Of a stretch of DNA of 64,000 nucleotides, positions 9,838-18,962 are shown one piece after another; the first letter of the stretch is position 1, and every line of letters begins with the position of its first letter. Under the pieces are notes generated by a model. The model did no database searches, was not told the origin of the DNA, and saw only the letters and a program-made list of their open reading frames with translations. The DNA is from an uncultured Armatimonadales bacterium (GTDB lineage Bacteria > Armatimonadota > Armatimonadia > Armatimonadales > Capsulimonadaceae): NCBI GenBank assembly GCA_964236795.1, contig CAXSFV010000002.1, positions 58,885 through 122,884 on the forward strand, given 5' to 3'. A program made the position numbers and the translations under genes.

Positions 9838-10704
9838 CTATTCTTCTTCCAGCGCTTTGTGCCAGGTGCGCTCGGCGGTGAAGCCTAACAGCTCACGGGC
9901 GGGAACCAGGTCAAAGAAGGTTAGGCCGGTCAGGCGCGGCAAGTCGGGCATTAGCTGCGGCAGGTGACGCTCAGCAAGGGCTGAGGCCGTGCTGTTTACG
10001 GCGAAGTCGTCGGCCATCGTATAAAAGATGTGGTGGCCGGTGAGGTCAGTTTCCAGCGCCAGTCGGAACGCGCGAGCCTGATCCAGGACATCAATATAGG
10101 ACCAGAACGACGAGTCGTAATGGTCTCCGTTCCGTCCGGGGAACTGCCGGAGCCAGCCTCGCTCTTTGGCGTGGTCTAGATCCATGACATACGGCGGGCG
10201 GATGACAATCGTGGTCATGCTGCACAGCCGGGTCATAGCGGCGGCGCTTTCCTCGTTCATCAGCTTGGACAGGCCATACACGTCTTGCGGGCGGCGTGGA
10301 TGAGCGGTGTCTATCGGCAGATAGTCGGGCAGGCAGGGATGGGTTGGAAACGAAAAGCCCAGCGCCCCAATACTGCTGGTCAGAACGACTTTTCCAATCT
10401 CCTCGGCGCGGGCCGCTTCCAGAACATTCTGCGTGCCGAGGACGTTGAGCCGTAGAACTTCATCGGGCGGCACCGAATGCGGCTGCGGGATCGCCCCGAT
10501 ATGCGCCACGGCGTCGCAGTCGCGCACGGCGTTCAGCATCGCAAGCGCGTCGGTCAAGTCGGCATACACCACGTCCGCCGCCACACGGACTTCCGGGGAA
10601 ACCGGCCGCCGGTCCGTCGCCCGGACGCTGTGGCCGTGTTTCACAAGTTCCTGCACGACCTTCGTTCCAATTTTTCCTGCCGCGCCTGTCACAAGTATTT
10701 GCAA
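9838..10704 (-). CDS. NAD-dependent epimerase/dehydratase (SDR)
   Basis: N-terminal ILVTGAAGKIGT Rossmann motif and YGLSKLMNE (YxxxK). TTG start. Confidence 0.8.
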   Translation of the reverse strand: MQILVTGAAGKIGTKVVQELVKHGHSVRATDRRPVSPEVRVAADVVYADLTDALAMLNAVRDCDAVAHIGAIPQPHSVPPDEVLRLNVLGTQNVLEAARAEEIGKVVLTSSIGALGFSFPTHPCLPDYLPIDTAHPRRPQDVYGLSKLMNEESAAAMTRLCSMTTIVIRPPYVMDLDHAKERGWLRQFPGRNGDHYDSSFWSYIDVLDQARAFRLALETDLTGHHIFYTMADDFAVNSTASALAERHLPQLMPDLPRLTGLTFFDLVPARELLGFTAERTWHKALEEE

Positions 10705-10738
10705 ACGTCGTTTTCTTTCTGTACAATGTCCCCTCGGG

Positions 10739-10806
10739 CCCCATTATTGGGGGAGCATGATGAGCTGGCTCCGACTCCCCCATTATTGGGGGCGGAGGGG
10801 GGGGAG
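10739..10806. repeat. family-6 element: two CCCCC-ATTATT-GGGGG hairpins + G-run
   Basis: gccccattattgggggagc ... ctcccccattattgggggcggagggggggg. Confidence 0.7.
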
Positions 10807-10815
10807 TTCTATTAA

Positions 10816-12000
10816 TCACGCAAACAGCATTCGGATGAGCCGTGTGCCGTCGTCAATCTGGGTTTTGGCTTCCGTGACAGCCCGCTCGTCAAAGGGGAAA
10901 TGGGACGCTGTGTGCGGGTTCTCAGAATCGTACAAGAGGAACGGTACGGGGCCTTCCTCGTGCGTTCTGAGCGAGATCGGAGTCTTATGGTCCGGCACGA
11001 TCACCAGCCGGTACGGGCCGCGCTTTGTCATGCCTTCCCGCAGTGTCGCCAGCAGCTTCTTGTCGGTGTCTTCAATCGCCTGCATTTTGTGGTCTAAATT
11101 GCCTTCGTGGCCGGATTCGTCGGGCGCTTCCACATGAATATACACAAAGTCTAAGTTATCCAAAGCCGCCAGGGCATAATTTGCTTTTGCCGCGTAGTCC
11201 GTGTCAATGTACCCGGTTGCGCCGGGAACATCAATAACACGGAGGCCGGTCGCGCGGCCTAGGCCCCGAACGACATCCACGGCGCTAATCACGCCGCCGA
11301 CTTTGCCATAGGTTTGCAGGAAGTTCGGCAGGCTTGGCGCGTAGCCCTGCCCCCAAAGCCAGACCATGTTTCCCGGCTCTTTCCCCTCTTCCCGGCGCTT
11401 GATGTTGACGGGGTGCGCGTCCAAAAGCTCCAGCGAGTCGTACATAAGCTGACGCAGCCGCTCCGCCCCTGCCCCTTCCGGCCAGTGTCCCGCCAGCGGC
11501 TGTCCGACGAAGTCATGCGGCGGGATGGTTTGAAGGTCTATCGAGCCGCCTTTTTCCGCCATGATGTGCCGGTACTGGACGCCGGGAAAGAACCGACGCT
11601 TGTCGGTGCCGAGCTTTTGGTTCAGCAGCTCAATCAGTGGCCGCGCTTCCTCGGTCGAGATATGCCCAGCCGAGTTGTCAAACAGCGTCGTCCCGTCCGA
11701 TGATACTAAAGAGCAGCGGTAGGCCACGTCGCCGGTATCCAGCGGGACGCCCATCGCCACCGCTTCAATCGGCCCCCGCCCGGTATAGTAGCGGCGCGGG
11801 TCGTAGCCCAGCAGGTCCATGTTCGCCACATCGGAACCGGGGTACATCCCCGGCGGCACCGTCAGTACGCTCCCGACCAGCGACATTTCCGCCAGCGCAT
11901 CAAAGTTCGGCGTCTTGGCCGCCATCATCGGCGTCTGCCCGTCCAGTTCCGCCATCGGCAAGTCCGCCATCCCGTCGGGAATGAGCATTATGTATTTCAT
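10816..12000 (-). CDS. apgM: cofactor-independent phosphoglycerate mutase, archaeal-type (ApgM family)
   Basis: MKYIMLIPDGMADLP...TPNFDALA...HVEAPDESGHEG...IVPDHKTP, characteristic ApgM metalloenzyme motifs. Confidence 0.85.
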   Translation of the reverse strand: MKYIMLIPDGMADLPMAELDGQTPMMAAKTPNFDALAEMSLVGSVLTVPPGMYPGSDVANMDLLGYDPRRYYTGRGPIEAVAMGVPLDTGDVAYRCSLVSSDGTTLFDNSAGHISTEEARPLIELLNQKLGTDKRRFFPGVQYRHIMAEKGGSIDLQTIPPHDFVGQPLAGHWPEGAGAERLRQLMYDSLELLDAHPVNIKRREEGKEPGNMVWLWGQGYAPSLPNFLQTYGKVGGVISAVDVVRGLGRATGLRVIDVPGATGYIDTDYAAKANYALAALDNLDFVYIHVEAPDESGHEGNLDHKMQAIEDTDKKLLATLREGMTKRGPYRLVIVPDHKTPISLRTHEEGPVPFLLYDSENPHTASHFPFDERAVTEAKTQIDDGTRLIRMLFA

Positions 12001-12308
12001 GGGTTATTTCTTTCGCTTGTCATCACGGGAGCGGGAGGCCAAACCCCTTCCGGCTGCTCTTGAGTGACTTCGGGTTTAACCGCTGCCTTCTCAGTGAAAA
12101 CGCGATACCAGCAGTATCCGACAAACGCAAACACGGACAAGACCGACATGGCACAAACTGTCCAGCCCTTCTGCGTGTTGAAATGCGTGTAGGTAATAGA
12201 GATCGTGAACGCGCTGCACACGCTAATAAACAGCGTCAAGATCAAAATGGCAAGGACAGACATGATCTGCGGAAGATGGGTCGGATGGGCTTTTTCGCTG
12301 CTCATCAT
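11997..12308 (-). CDS. small 2-TM membrane protein, paralogue of the C-terminal half of 12337..12888
   Basis: Two hydrophobic spans and the shared core PQI.SV...VCSAF...FNTQ.GWTVC...FVG.CWYR..TEK...QEQPEGVWPPAP. Its TGA overlaps the apgM ATG (ATGA). Confidence 0.6.
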   Translation of the reverse strand: MMSSEKAHPTHLPQIMSVLAILILTLFISVCSAFTISITYTHFNTQKGWTVCAMSVLSVFAFVGYCWYRVFTEKAAVKPEVTQEQPEGVWPPAPVMTSERNNP

Positions 12309-12336
12309 TGTGTCATGTCCTTAGCGCCACTTTCCG

Positions 12337-12888
12337 TCAATCTTTGTTGTCTTCTTCAACAGCGAAAAGCGGAGCCGGCGGCCAAACTCCTTCCGGCTGT
12401 TCCTGAGCGACGAAAGGCACAACAGGCCGCTTCTCAGTCGCAATACGATACCAGCAACAGCCGACAAAAAGCCAGACTGCAAGCAGGGTGACGCCGCAGA
12501 CGGTCCAGCCTATTTGGGTGTTGAAATATTTCTGGACAACGTAAATGATGAACGCGCTGCATACGCCGACAAACACCGTCATCACAAGAACAACTATGAC
12601 AGAAACAATCTGCGGCATACGCATCGATTGCGTATAAACAGCAACGTAAACGGCTAATCCTTGCTCAACTTGGCGATGACGCTTGAGGAGCGCAGGAAGG
12701 GTGATAAACTGCATCAGTGCCGTTAGGCCGAACACTCCTGCTCCGATCTTGTGTCTATCAATAAGGGCTGCAATGCTGAGGGCAAAAAGCACAAAACCAA
12801 CAGCAAGCTGTGCAACTACAGCATTACGGCTTTCGTTCAGCGTCAACCGATGCGTTTTTAACAGCTTCTCTGGCTCCGAAACATTCAT
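12337..12888 (-). CDS. 4-TM membrane protein with conserved QEQPEGVWPPAP tail
   Basis: 183 aa. The ATG overlaps the purC TGA (ATGA at 12885-12888). The C-terminal 95 aa are homologous to the next ORF. Confidence 0.6.
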   Translation of the reverse strand: MNVSEPEKLLKTHRLTLNESRNAVVAQLAVGFVLFALSIAALIDRHKIGAGVFGLTALMQFITLPALLKRHRQVEQGLAVYVAVYTQSMRMPQIVSVIVVLVMTVFVGVCSAFIIYVVQKYFNTQIGWTVCGVTLLAVWLFVGCCWYRIATEKRPVVPFVAQEQPEGVWPPAPLFAVEEDNKD

Positions 12889-13835
12889 CGCAGCAGCTCT
12901 CCGCCTGTCAAGCGCTGGTAAGCATCAAGATATTTAGCGGCAGTCTTTTCGGCAATCTCGGCGGGCAGCTCTGGGCCGGGGTCCATTTTTCCCCAATCCA
13001 GCGTTTCCAAGTAGTCGCGGACAAACTGCTTATCAAACGATGCCTGGGCTTTGCCGGGCTTGTAGGAAGACGCTTCCCAGAAGCGCGACGAGTCGGGGGT
13101 GAGCGCTTCGTCAATGAGGATAATTTGGCCGTTGAGCATACCGAACTCGAACTTGGTATCGGCAATAATGATGCCGTGTTCGGCGCCATAATCGCGGGCA
13201 GAGGAATAAAGAGCGATGCTGATTTCAGAGAGCTTGGCGGCGGTGTCTGCGCCGACGATCTCGGCGGCTTCCGAAAACGAAACATTGACATCGTGGCCGG
13301 AATGGGCTTTGGCGGCGGGCGTGAATAGCGGCGTCGGGAACGGGTCGCCCTGGCGCAGACCGATGGGGACGGGAATGCCGTACAGGACGACTTCGCCGCC
13401 GTGGCTGAACATCGTTTGATAATCCCTCCAGGCCGAGCCGTCGAGGTAGCCGCGCACGACGCATTCGAGCGGCAGGGCGGAACACTTGCGGACAAGCTGG
13501 GTGCGGCCTTCCAGCATCGAAATCAAATTAGGCGTGACGGTGACGCCCGCCGAGTGCAGGCGCTCGCCGATGACGTCCATGTCGCCGGATATGAAGTGGT
13601 TCGGGACAATGCCGGCGGTCTTCTCAAACCAGAACTCGGAAAGCGCGGTCAGAACGCGGCCTTTGCCGGGAATGCCGGTCGGCAGGATGACATCAAACGC
13701 GGAAATGCGGTCAGTGGCGACCACTAAAAGCGTGTCGCCGAGGTCGTACACATCGCGCACTTTGCCTTGAATAAACTTGGGCAGGCCCGGAATGTCGGTC
13801 GTTAGCAGGGCAGGCAGAGAAGAAGCTTGGCTCAT
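12885..13835 (-). CDS. purC: phosphoribosylaminoimidazole-succinocarboxamide (SAICAR) synthase
   Basis: ORF trimmed to ATG 13835 (MSQASSLPALL). GKVRDVYDLGDTLLVVATDRISAFDVILP and LIDEALTPDSSRFW are PurC motifs. Confidence 0.9.
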   Translation of the reverse strand: MSQASSLPALLTTDIPGLPKFIQGKVRDVYDLGDTLLVVATDRISAFDVILPTGIPGKGRVLTALSEFWFEKTAGIVPNHFISGDMDVIGERLHSAGVTVTPNLISMLEGRTQLVRKCSALPLECVVRGYLDGSAWRDYQTMFSHGGEVVLYGIPVPIGLRQGDPFPTPLFTPAAKAHSGHDVNVSFSEAAEIVGADTAAKLSEISIALYSSARDYGAEHGIIIADTKFEFGMLNGQIILIDEALTPDSSRFWEASSYKPGKAQASFDKQFVRDYLETLDWGKMDPGPELPAEIAEKTAAKYLDAYQRLTGGELLR

Positions 13836-13877
13836 GGGGTGTATTATACCCGCTCGCAGAAGCAGACAAAGATAGGA

Positions 13878-13943
13878 GGGCGAACACAAGGTTCGCCCCT
13901 ACGGATCTAATCGGAATGCAGGGCGCGAACCTTGTGTTCGCCC
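13878..13943. repeat. REPIN-like doublet (two inverted REP units)
   Basis: gggcgaacacaaggttcgccc-CTAC ... gggcgcgaaccttgtgttcgccc. Confidence 0.8.
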
Positions 13944-13960
13944 TTCCTCTTGGTGTTCAC

Positions 13961-14452
13961 CTACGGCACAACCTTGCCCAAAATCTGACGGGCGCGAATC
14001 GGACCGATGTGCCGGCTGTCGTCAGACTCGATGAGGTTGTCGCCGAGGACATAAATGTCCCGGTCGGCGGACGGTGCGGGGGTGCGGCCTGATGCGACGC
14101 GGGCGTAGTAGTCGCTGAACAGCAGCGCAAGCGGGATTTTGCGGCTGCCGTTGATCGTGATCCAGTCGGCATTGGGGGCGGCGCGGGCGTACTGCGGGCC
14201 GATAAACGCGATGCGCTTGATCAGCTCATCACCATTGGTGTCGCGGAAAATGATCACGGTGCCGGGTATGAGGCGCGAGCGCGGGACGGAGGTCCAAACC
14301 AAGACCGTGTTGCCGTCTTCATAGGTCGGGGACATGGACGGCCCCGTGACGCGGCCCTGGCGAACATTCAGACGCAGAACCAGGGCCAGAAGGATCAAAA
14401 GGCCAAAGGCCCAGTAGGTCTGAGGCCGCAGGCGCAGAGTGCGGAGAGACAT
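13961..14452 (-). CDS. lepB: signal peptidase I
   Basis: N-terminal TM, GPSMSPTY (catalytic Ser box), RIAFIG, and VLGDNLIESDDSRHIGPI (GDN..S.DSR box). Confidence 0.85.
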   Translation of the reverse strand: MSLRTLRLRPQTYWAFGLLILLALVLRLNVRQGRVTGPSMSPTYEDGNTVLVWTSVPRSRLIPGTVIIFRDTNGDELIKRIAFIGPQYARAAPNADWITINGSRKIPLALLFSDYYARVASGRTPAPSADRDIYVLGDNLIESDDSRHIGPIRARQILGKVVP

Positions 14453-14455
14453 AGG

Positions 14456-15514
14456 CTAAAAGCCCAGCGCCCTAACCACGGCAGCGAGGTCGGCGGGGAC
14501 AGTTGGAGGGTGCGGGACGGTCTTGATCGCCCGGTCGGGGTCTTTGAGGCCGTGGCCGGTCAGCGTCACGGCGACAGTCGCGCCGTTGTAGTCCCGGAAG
14601 TAGCCCGCGTCATACAGCTTTTTGAGGCCGGCGACCGGGGCGGCGCAGGCCGGTTCGGTGAAAACGCCTTCAAGTGCCGGCAAGAGATGGTAAGCGGCTA
14701 AAATCTCATCGTCGGTGACTTTGTCAATGACGCCGTGCGACTCATCACGGGCGGCTAGTGCGTGCTGCCACGATGCCGGGTTGCCGATGCGAATAGCAGT
14801 AGCGATGGTATGCGGGTTGAGGACGGGAGCGCCGTCTACAATGGGCGCGGCCCCGGCGGCTTGGAAGCCGAGCATTCGGGGCAGTTTTTGGGAGCGGCCG
14901 GCGGCCTGGTATTCTTTGTAGCCTTTCCAGTAGGCCGTGATGTTGCCGGCGTTGCCGACCGGCAGAGCATGAAAATCGGGGGCGTCACCGAGCGCGTCGC
15001 ACACTTCAAACGCGCCGGTCTTCTGGCCTTCGATCCGGTTTGGGTTGATATGGTTGACGAGCGTGATAGGGTACAGGCCGCAGATCTCGCGGGTCAGCCG
15101 CAGCGCGTCGTCAAACGTGCCTTCAATCGCCAAAACTTTTGCGCCGTGGATCAGCGCCTGGGACAGCTTGCCGAGCGCGACATCCGTGTTCGGGAGCAGC
15201 ACGACGCAGTCCAGTCCCGCTCGCGCGGCATAGGCCGCCGCCGCCGCGCTTGTGTTGCCGGTGGACGCGCACATGATCGCCCGTGCGCCGTCTTCCACGG
15301 CTTTCGTCACGGCCATTGTCATGCCCCGGTCTTTGAACGAGCCGGTCGGGTTCATGCCCTCAAACTTGAGGAGCAGGTTCAGACCCGGCGTGATCGCCGC
15401 CGCAAGGCGCGGGGCGGGGATGAGCGGCGTGTCGCCCTCAAAGAGCGTCACCACCGGCGTCGAGGGCGACACCGGCAGGAACGCCCTGTACTGGTTGATA
15501 ATTCCCTGTCGCAT
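14456..15514 (-). CDS. thrC: threonine synthase
   Basis: ORF trimmed to ATG 15514 ([15 protein letters not shown]). [12 protein letters not shown] (PLP lysine) and [15 protein letters not shown]. Confidence 0.9.
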   Translation of the reverse strand: MRQGIINQYRAFLPVSPSTPVVTLFEGDTPLIPAPRLAAAITPGLNLLLKFEGMNPTGSFKDRGMTMAVTKAVEDGARAIMCASTGNTSAAAAAYAARAGLDCVVLLPNTDVALGKLSQALIHGAKVLAIEGTFDDALRLTREICGLYPITLVNHINPNRIEGQKTGAFEVCDALGDAPDFHALPVGNAGNITAYWKGYKEYQAAGRSQKLPRMLGFQAAGAAPIVDGAPVLNPHTIATAIRIGNPASWQHALAARDESHGVIDKVTDDEILAAYHLLPALEGVFTEPACAAPVAGLKKLYDAGYFRDYNGATVAVTLTGHGLKDPDRAIKTVPHPPTVPADLAAVVRALGF

Positions 15515-15548
15515 AATCACTGAATGAAGAACCCACCCCGGTGGGTTT

Positions 15549-16580
15549 CTACCGCGCTGCGGACAGCAGCCAGACGGTGACGGAGCGGCGTCCGACATCA
15601 GACGCTTCGCGGAAGGTCGTGTGACCGAGGTCTATCCGGTGGCCTTTGATCGCACCGCCGGTGTCGCCGGCCAGCGCGTAGCCGTAGCCTTCAATGTAGA
15701 GCTTCGAGCCGAGCGGGATGAGCCGGGGGTCTACGGCGACGACGCCGTAGCCGGCCCGCATGCCGTTGGCGCAGCGGCCCACGCTGCTGCCTTCGTAGGG
15801 CGAATAGCCGGTCGCAACCATGTGGAAACACTGCATTCGCTGGTACGCGCCGGAGCGCGACGGCAGGGCGCGGGCTTCCCGGACACGAATGCCTGCCAGC
15901 GTTTCCTGGTTCACCGGCGGGATTGTAACCCGGCTGGCGACCAGTGTCCGTGACTTCAGCGCGTCGTTGACGAACCGGGCGGTGTAAGTCTTGGTGAGGA
16001 CGCCGGGGACGCCGTGCTTGCCGGCTTGGATCTGGCCCGGCGCGACAGCTCGGCTCATCTTGAAGACAGTCTTGAACGGAATCGGCTGGGTCTCGCTCTG
16101 CGTCTCGATCCGAACGTGTCGGATGACAATCTTGAGGCCGTTTGAGACCGGCACGGACAGCGCGGGCAGGATGCGGTCATCGGGACCGAGTGCGATTCGG
16201 GCGGCTTGTACCGCGTCGCCGACGGTGGCGGACGTGGTTTGAAGTGTCTGAGCGGGCCGGCTGCCGTCATAGATTACGATGGACAGCGGCTGGGGGGCCG
16301 TTCCAACCGCCGGATCCGGCAGCAGTGCCAGATCAGGAGCAGGAGTGACTTCCGCTAAGCTGGAAGACAGATGAGGCGGGGCGAGAACAGCCTTGTTCTT
16401 TAGTCCCGTGCTCTGCGCGGCGACCGCCGCAAACGGAGCGAGAAGGGCTGTCGCGGAAAACACGGACGCGACAGACACATAACAGAAACTGCGGGCCGTT
16501 TTCAATTGCAAATGGTCTCCTCCTACAGGTTGGGTTGCACGCACGAGAGTTGCGAAAGAAAATGATTTCTCGTGCGCCAT
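15549..16580 (-). CDS. secreted G5-domain + 3D-domain protein (YabE/RpfB-like cell-wall protein)
   Basis: Signal/anchor region, a G5-like segment ([14 protein letters not shown]...[13 protein letters not shown]), and a C-terminal 3D domain ([10 protein letters not shown]...[40 protein letters not shown]). Confidence 0.75.
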   Translation of the reverse strand: MAHEKSFSFATLVRATQPVGGDHLQLKTARSFCYVSVASVFSATALLAPFAAVAAQSTGLKNKAVLAPPHLSSSLAEVTPAPDLALLPDPAVGTAPQPLSIVIYDGSRPAQTLQTTSATVGDAVQAARIALGPDDRILPALSVPVSNGLKIVIRHVRIETQSETQPIPFKTVFKMSRAVAPGQIQAGKHGVPGVLTKTYTARFVNDALKSRTLVASRVTIPPVNQETLAGIRVREARALPSRSGAYQRMQCFHMVATGYSPYEGSSVGRCANGMRAGYGVVAVDPRLIPLGSKLYIEGYGYALAGDTGGAIKGHRIDLGHTTFREASDVGRRSVTVWLLSAAR

Positions 16581-16633
16581 GCCGGAACGCCTTTGGGCGA
16601 GCCGACCTTTGCTTCTTTTTTCGGGGCCGGGAT

Positions 16634-16662
16634 AGTATAGCCGCTGTTGAAACCTCTGTCAA
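16634..16662 (-). promoter_or_regulatory. promoter of the G5/3D-domain gene (TTGACA-17 nt-TATACT)
   Basis: The minus strand reads TTGACAgaggtttcaacagcggcTATACT, ~55 nt upstream of the ATG at 16580. Confidence 0.6.
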
Positions 16663-16735
16663 GGCACGTCTGCCCTTATACTTCTTTGTTGGCAGTCACT
16701 GCCACTAAAATCACCCAGTATTTGTGCGTAATTTC

Positions 16736-16764
16736 TTGACTTCGTGCTTGAATTGGGGTACAAT
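16736..16764 (+). promoter_or_regulatory. recA promoter (TTGACT-17 nt-TACAAT)
   Basis: TTGACT at 16736-16741 and TACAAT at 16759-16764 with an exact 17-nt spacer, 58 nt upstream of the recA ATG. Confidence 0.7.
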
Positions 16765-16773
16765 TCAGGAAGA

Positions 16774-16787
16774 CGAACAAACGTTTG
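16774..16787. promoter_or_regulatory. candidate LexA (SOS) box at recA: CGAACAAACGTTTG
   Basis: Cheo-box-like palindrome (CGAAC-N4-GTTYG type) 10 nt downstream of the -10 hexamer. Confidence 0.6.
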
Positions 16788-16821
16788 ATGAGCGGGATTT
16801 GGAATAAAGGAAGAGGCAAAA

Positions 16822-17871
16822 ATGGACCGAGAAAAGGCATTAGAAACAGCACTGGCGCAAATTGACAAGCAGTTCGGCAAAGGTGCAATTATGCGCTTAG
16901 GACAGGCCGAAAAGCTGGTGACCGAAGCCATTTCCACAGGGTCGGTTGCGCTTGACATCGCTTTAGGAGTAGGCGGCATTCCAAAGGGCCGCATCACCGA
17001 AATCTACGGCCCGGAGTCGTCAGGCAAGACGACGCTCTCGCTGCATCTTGTGGCGGAAGCGCAGCGTTTAGGCGGCATCTGTGCATTTGTAGACGCCGAA
17101 CACGCTTTGGATCCGGAGTACGCCAAGCGTCTCGGTGTTGACATCAACAGCCTTCTGGTTTCGCAGCCGTCTACGGGCGAGGAAGCACTGGAAATCACCG
17201 ACGGCTTGGTTCGCTCCGGCGCGGTTGCGCTCATCGTTGTGGACTCAGTCGCCGCGCTGGTCCCGAAGGCCGAAATCGAAGGCGAGATGGGCGACAGCCA
17301 CATGGGGTTGCAGGCCCGCATGATGTCGCAGGCCATGCGGAAGCTGTCCGGCAGCGTTTCCAAGACAAACACGATTATTATCTTCATCAACCAGCTCCGC
17401 GAGAAGATCGGCGTCATGTTCGGCAACCCGGAGACCCAGCCCGGCGGCAAAGCCCTGAAGTTTTATGCGTCAGTGCGTTTAGACATCCGCCGTGTCGAAA
17501 CGCTGAAGCAAGGCACGGACATGGTCGGCAACCGAGTCAAAGTCAAGGTGGTCAAGAACAAAGTCGCCCCGCCCTTCCGCCAGGCTGAGTTCGACATCAT
17601 GTTCGGTACCGGGATTTCCCGCTCAGGAGGAATTCTGGACATGGCTATTGAACTGGGCATCGCCAACAAGTCCGGCTCGTGGTTCACTTACGGCGACACA
17701 CGCATCGGCCAGGGCCGCGAGAACGCAAAGACGTTTTTAGACGAGCATCCCGACGTGATGGCCGAGATGGAAGGCAAGGTCCGCGACATCGCCATCGGCA
17801 TCCCGGAGAAGCTGCCGGCGTCGCTGGAAGCGGATGTGAGCGAGGAAGAAGCGGACTACGCACTGGCGTAG
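16822..17871 (+). CDS. recA: recombinase RecA
   Basis: [22 protein letters not shown], Walker [10 protein letters not shown], and [22 protein letters not shown]. Unambiguous RecA. Confidence 0.97.
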   Translation: MDREKALETALAQIDKQFGKGAIMRLGQAEKLVTEAISTGSVALDIALGVGGIPKGRITEIYGPESSGKTTLSLHLVAEAQRLGGICAFVDAEHALDPEYAKRLGVDINSLLVSQPSTGEEALEITDGLVRSGAVALIVVDSVAALVPKAEIEGEMGDSHMGLQARMMSQAMRKLSGSVSKTNTIIIFINQLREKIGVMFGNPETQPGGKALKFYASVRLDIRRVETLKQGTDMVGNRVKVKVVKNKVAPPFRQAEFDIMFGTGISRSGGILDMAIELGIANKSGSWFTYGDTRIGQGRENAKTFLDEHPDVMAEMEGKVRDIAIGIPEKLPASLEADVSEEEADYALA

Positions 17872-17895
17872 GAGTCCAGTCAGCAGAGTTATCGA

Positions 17896-17944
17896 GGGCG
17901 TCAGCGTTGCGAGGGCATTTACGCCTTCGCAACGCTGACGCCCC
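17896..17944 (+). terminator. long GC-rich hairpin after recA (terminator or processing site; no T-tract)
   Basis: gggcgtcagcgttgcgagggc / loop attta / gccttcgcaacgctgacgccc gives a ~20-bp stem with one mismatch. Confidence 0.4.
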
Positions 17945-17958
17945 GTATCCAGATCGAA

Positions 17959-17987
17959 TTGACAGTATCAACCACAAGTTTATGAGC
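17959..17987 (+). promoter_or_regulatory. possible promoter of the Rad52-like gene with a degenerate LexA-type box in the spacer
   Basis: TTGACA at 17959-17964 and a weak -10 (TATGAG/ATGAGC) at ~17981-17987. CAACCACAAGTTTA (17969-17982) differs at 2 of 10 half-site positions from CAAAC-N4-GTTTG. Confidence 0.3.
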
Positions 17988-18017
17988 ATCTGACCTGGTT
18001 TAAGGAGAACAGCAGCA

Positions 18018-18914
18018 ATGGCATTTGATTTCAAGCGGCACCTTATCAAAGTGCAGGGCGGCCGCACCTACCTTCCCGTTTCCGCCCGCATTGTCTGGTT
18101 CCGGCAGGAGCATCCCGATTGGAGCATCGAGACGGAAGCCGTCGAGATCAACCATGAAAAGCAGTACGCCATCTTCCGCGCCCGCATCTGCGACGGCGAC
18201 GGCAAGCTGATGGCGACCGGAACAAAAAAGGAAGATGTCAAAGGCTTTGGTGACTACATTGAAAAGGCCGAAACCGGAGCGGTAGGCCGCGCACTCGCAC
18301 TCTGCGGCTTCGGCACCCAGTTCTCGCCTGATTTGGATGAGTCCACGGCGGGCCGGTTTGCCGACAGTCCGCAGCCGATGGGTGGCGGACGCTTCGGGGG
18401 CGGGAACGGATATAGCGGTGGCAGCGGGGGCGGCGGCAGCCGCTACGGCGCACCGCCCACGCCAAACGGCGACGGCGCACGCTACAGCCCTTCGGCTCCC
18501 CCGCCGCGTGATGCGGCCCCGCCGCGAGAACAGCCTGCGCCCCGCGACAACGGCGATGCGCCGCGTGCCGAATCCGCCCGCCCGCAGCCGAGCCGTCCGT
18601 CTCCTGCCCCGGCAGTAGTAGACGAAGGCGAGGACGACTTTGAGGCGCTGATCGGCGGAAGTGCTTTGCTCGACGCCACTGAAGACGATCCTTTTGGTGA
18701 TGACACGCCCGCTGAGCCGAGAGCGGTCGCGGCAAAACCCGCCGCTGCACCTGCCGCTTCCAGCCCATTAGGAACCCCGGCTTGCGTCAACTGTGGTAAG
18801 GCGCTGACCAAAGCACAAATGGAGTTGTCGGTCCGCAACTATGGCGAATCGTTCTGCCCTGGCTGCCAGCGCGACAAAACCCGGCGCCCGGCTCTCGCTG
18901 AACACAACTCATAA
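18018..18914 (+). CDS. Rad52/DdrA-like N-terminal domain + Gly/Pro/Arg-rich linker + C-terminal CxxC...CxxC zinc ribbon
   Basis: N-terminal 108 aa: YLPVSARIVWFRQEHPDWSIETE...GKLMATGTKKED...YIEKAETGAVGRALALCGFG resembles the Rad52/Sak/DdrA annealing-protein core, recognised from memory. C-terminus: CVNCGK-x19-CPGC. Confidence 0.55.
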   Translation: MAFDFKRHLIKVQGGRTYLPVSARIVWFRQEHPDWSIETEAVEINHEKQYAIFRARICDGDGKLMATGTKKEDVKGFGDYIEKAETGAVGRALALCGFGTQFSPDLDESTAGRFADSPQPMGGGRFGGGNGYSGGSGGGGSRYGAPPTPNGDGARYSPSAPPPRDAAPPREQPAPRDNGDAPRAESARPQPSRPSPAPAVVDEGEDDFEALIGGSALLDATEDDPFGDDTPAEPRAVAAKPAAAPAASSPLGTPACVNCGKALTKAQMELSVRNYGESFCPGCQRDKTRRPALAEHNS

Positions 18915-18948
18915 AAAAAGCCCGGCGCTGACAGCGCCGGGCTTTTTT
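18914..18948. terminator. bidirectional intrinsic terminator between convergent genes
   Basis: AAAAAA-gcccggcgc-tgaca-gcgccgggc-TTTTTT. Confidence 0.8.
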
Positions 18949-18962
18949 GTGTCAGAGCCAAT

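Noticed and set aside
16581-16633. c-di-AMP (ydaO-type) riboswitch in front of the G5/3D cell-wall gene
   Set aside because: With the TTGACA-17-TATACT promoter at 16634-16662 the leader is only ~55 nt, too short for that riboswitch, and its conserved motifs are not visible.
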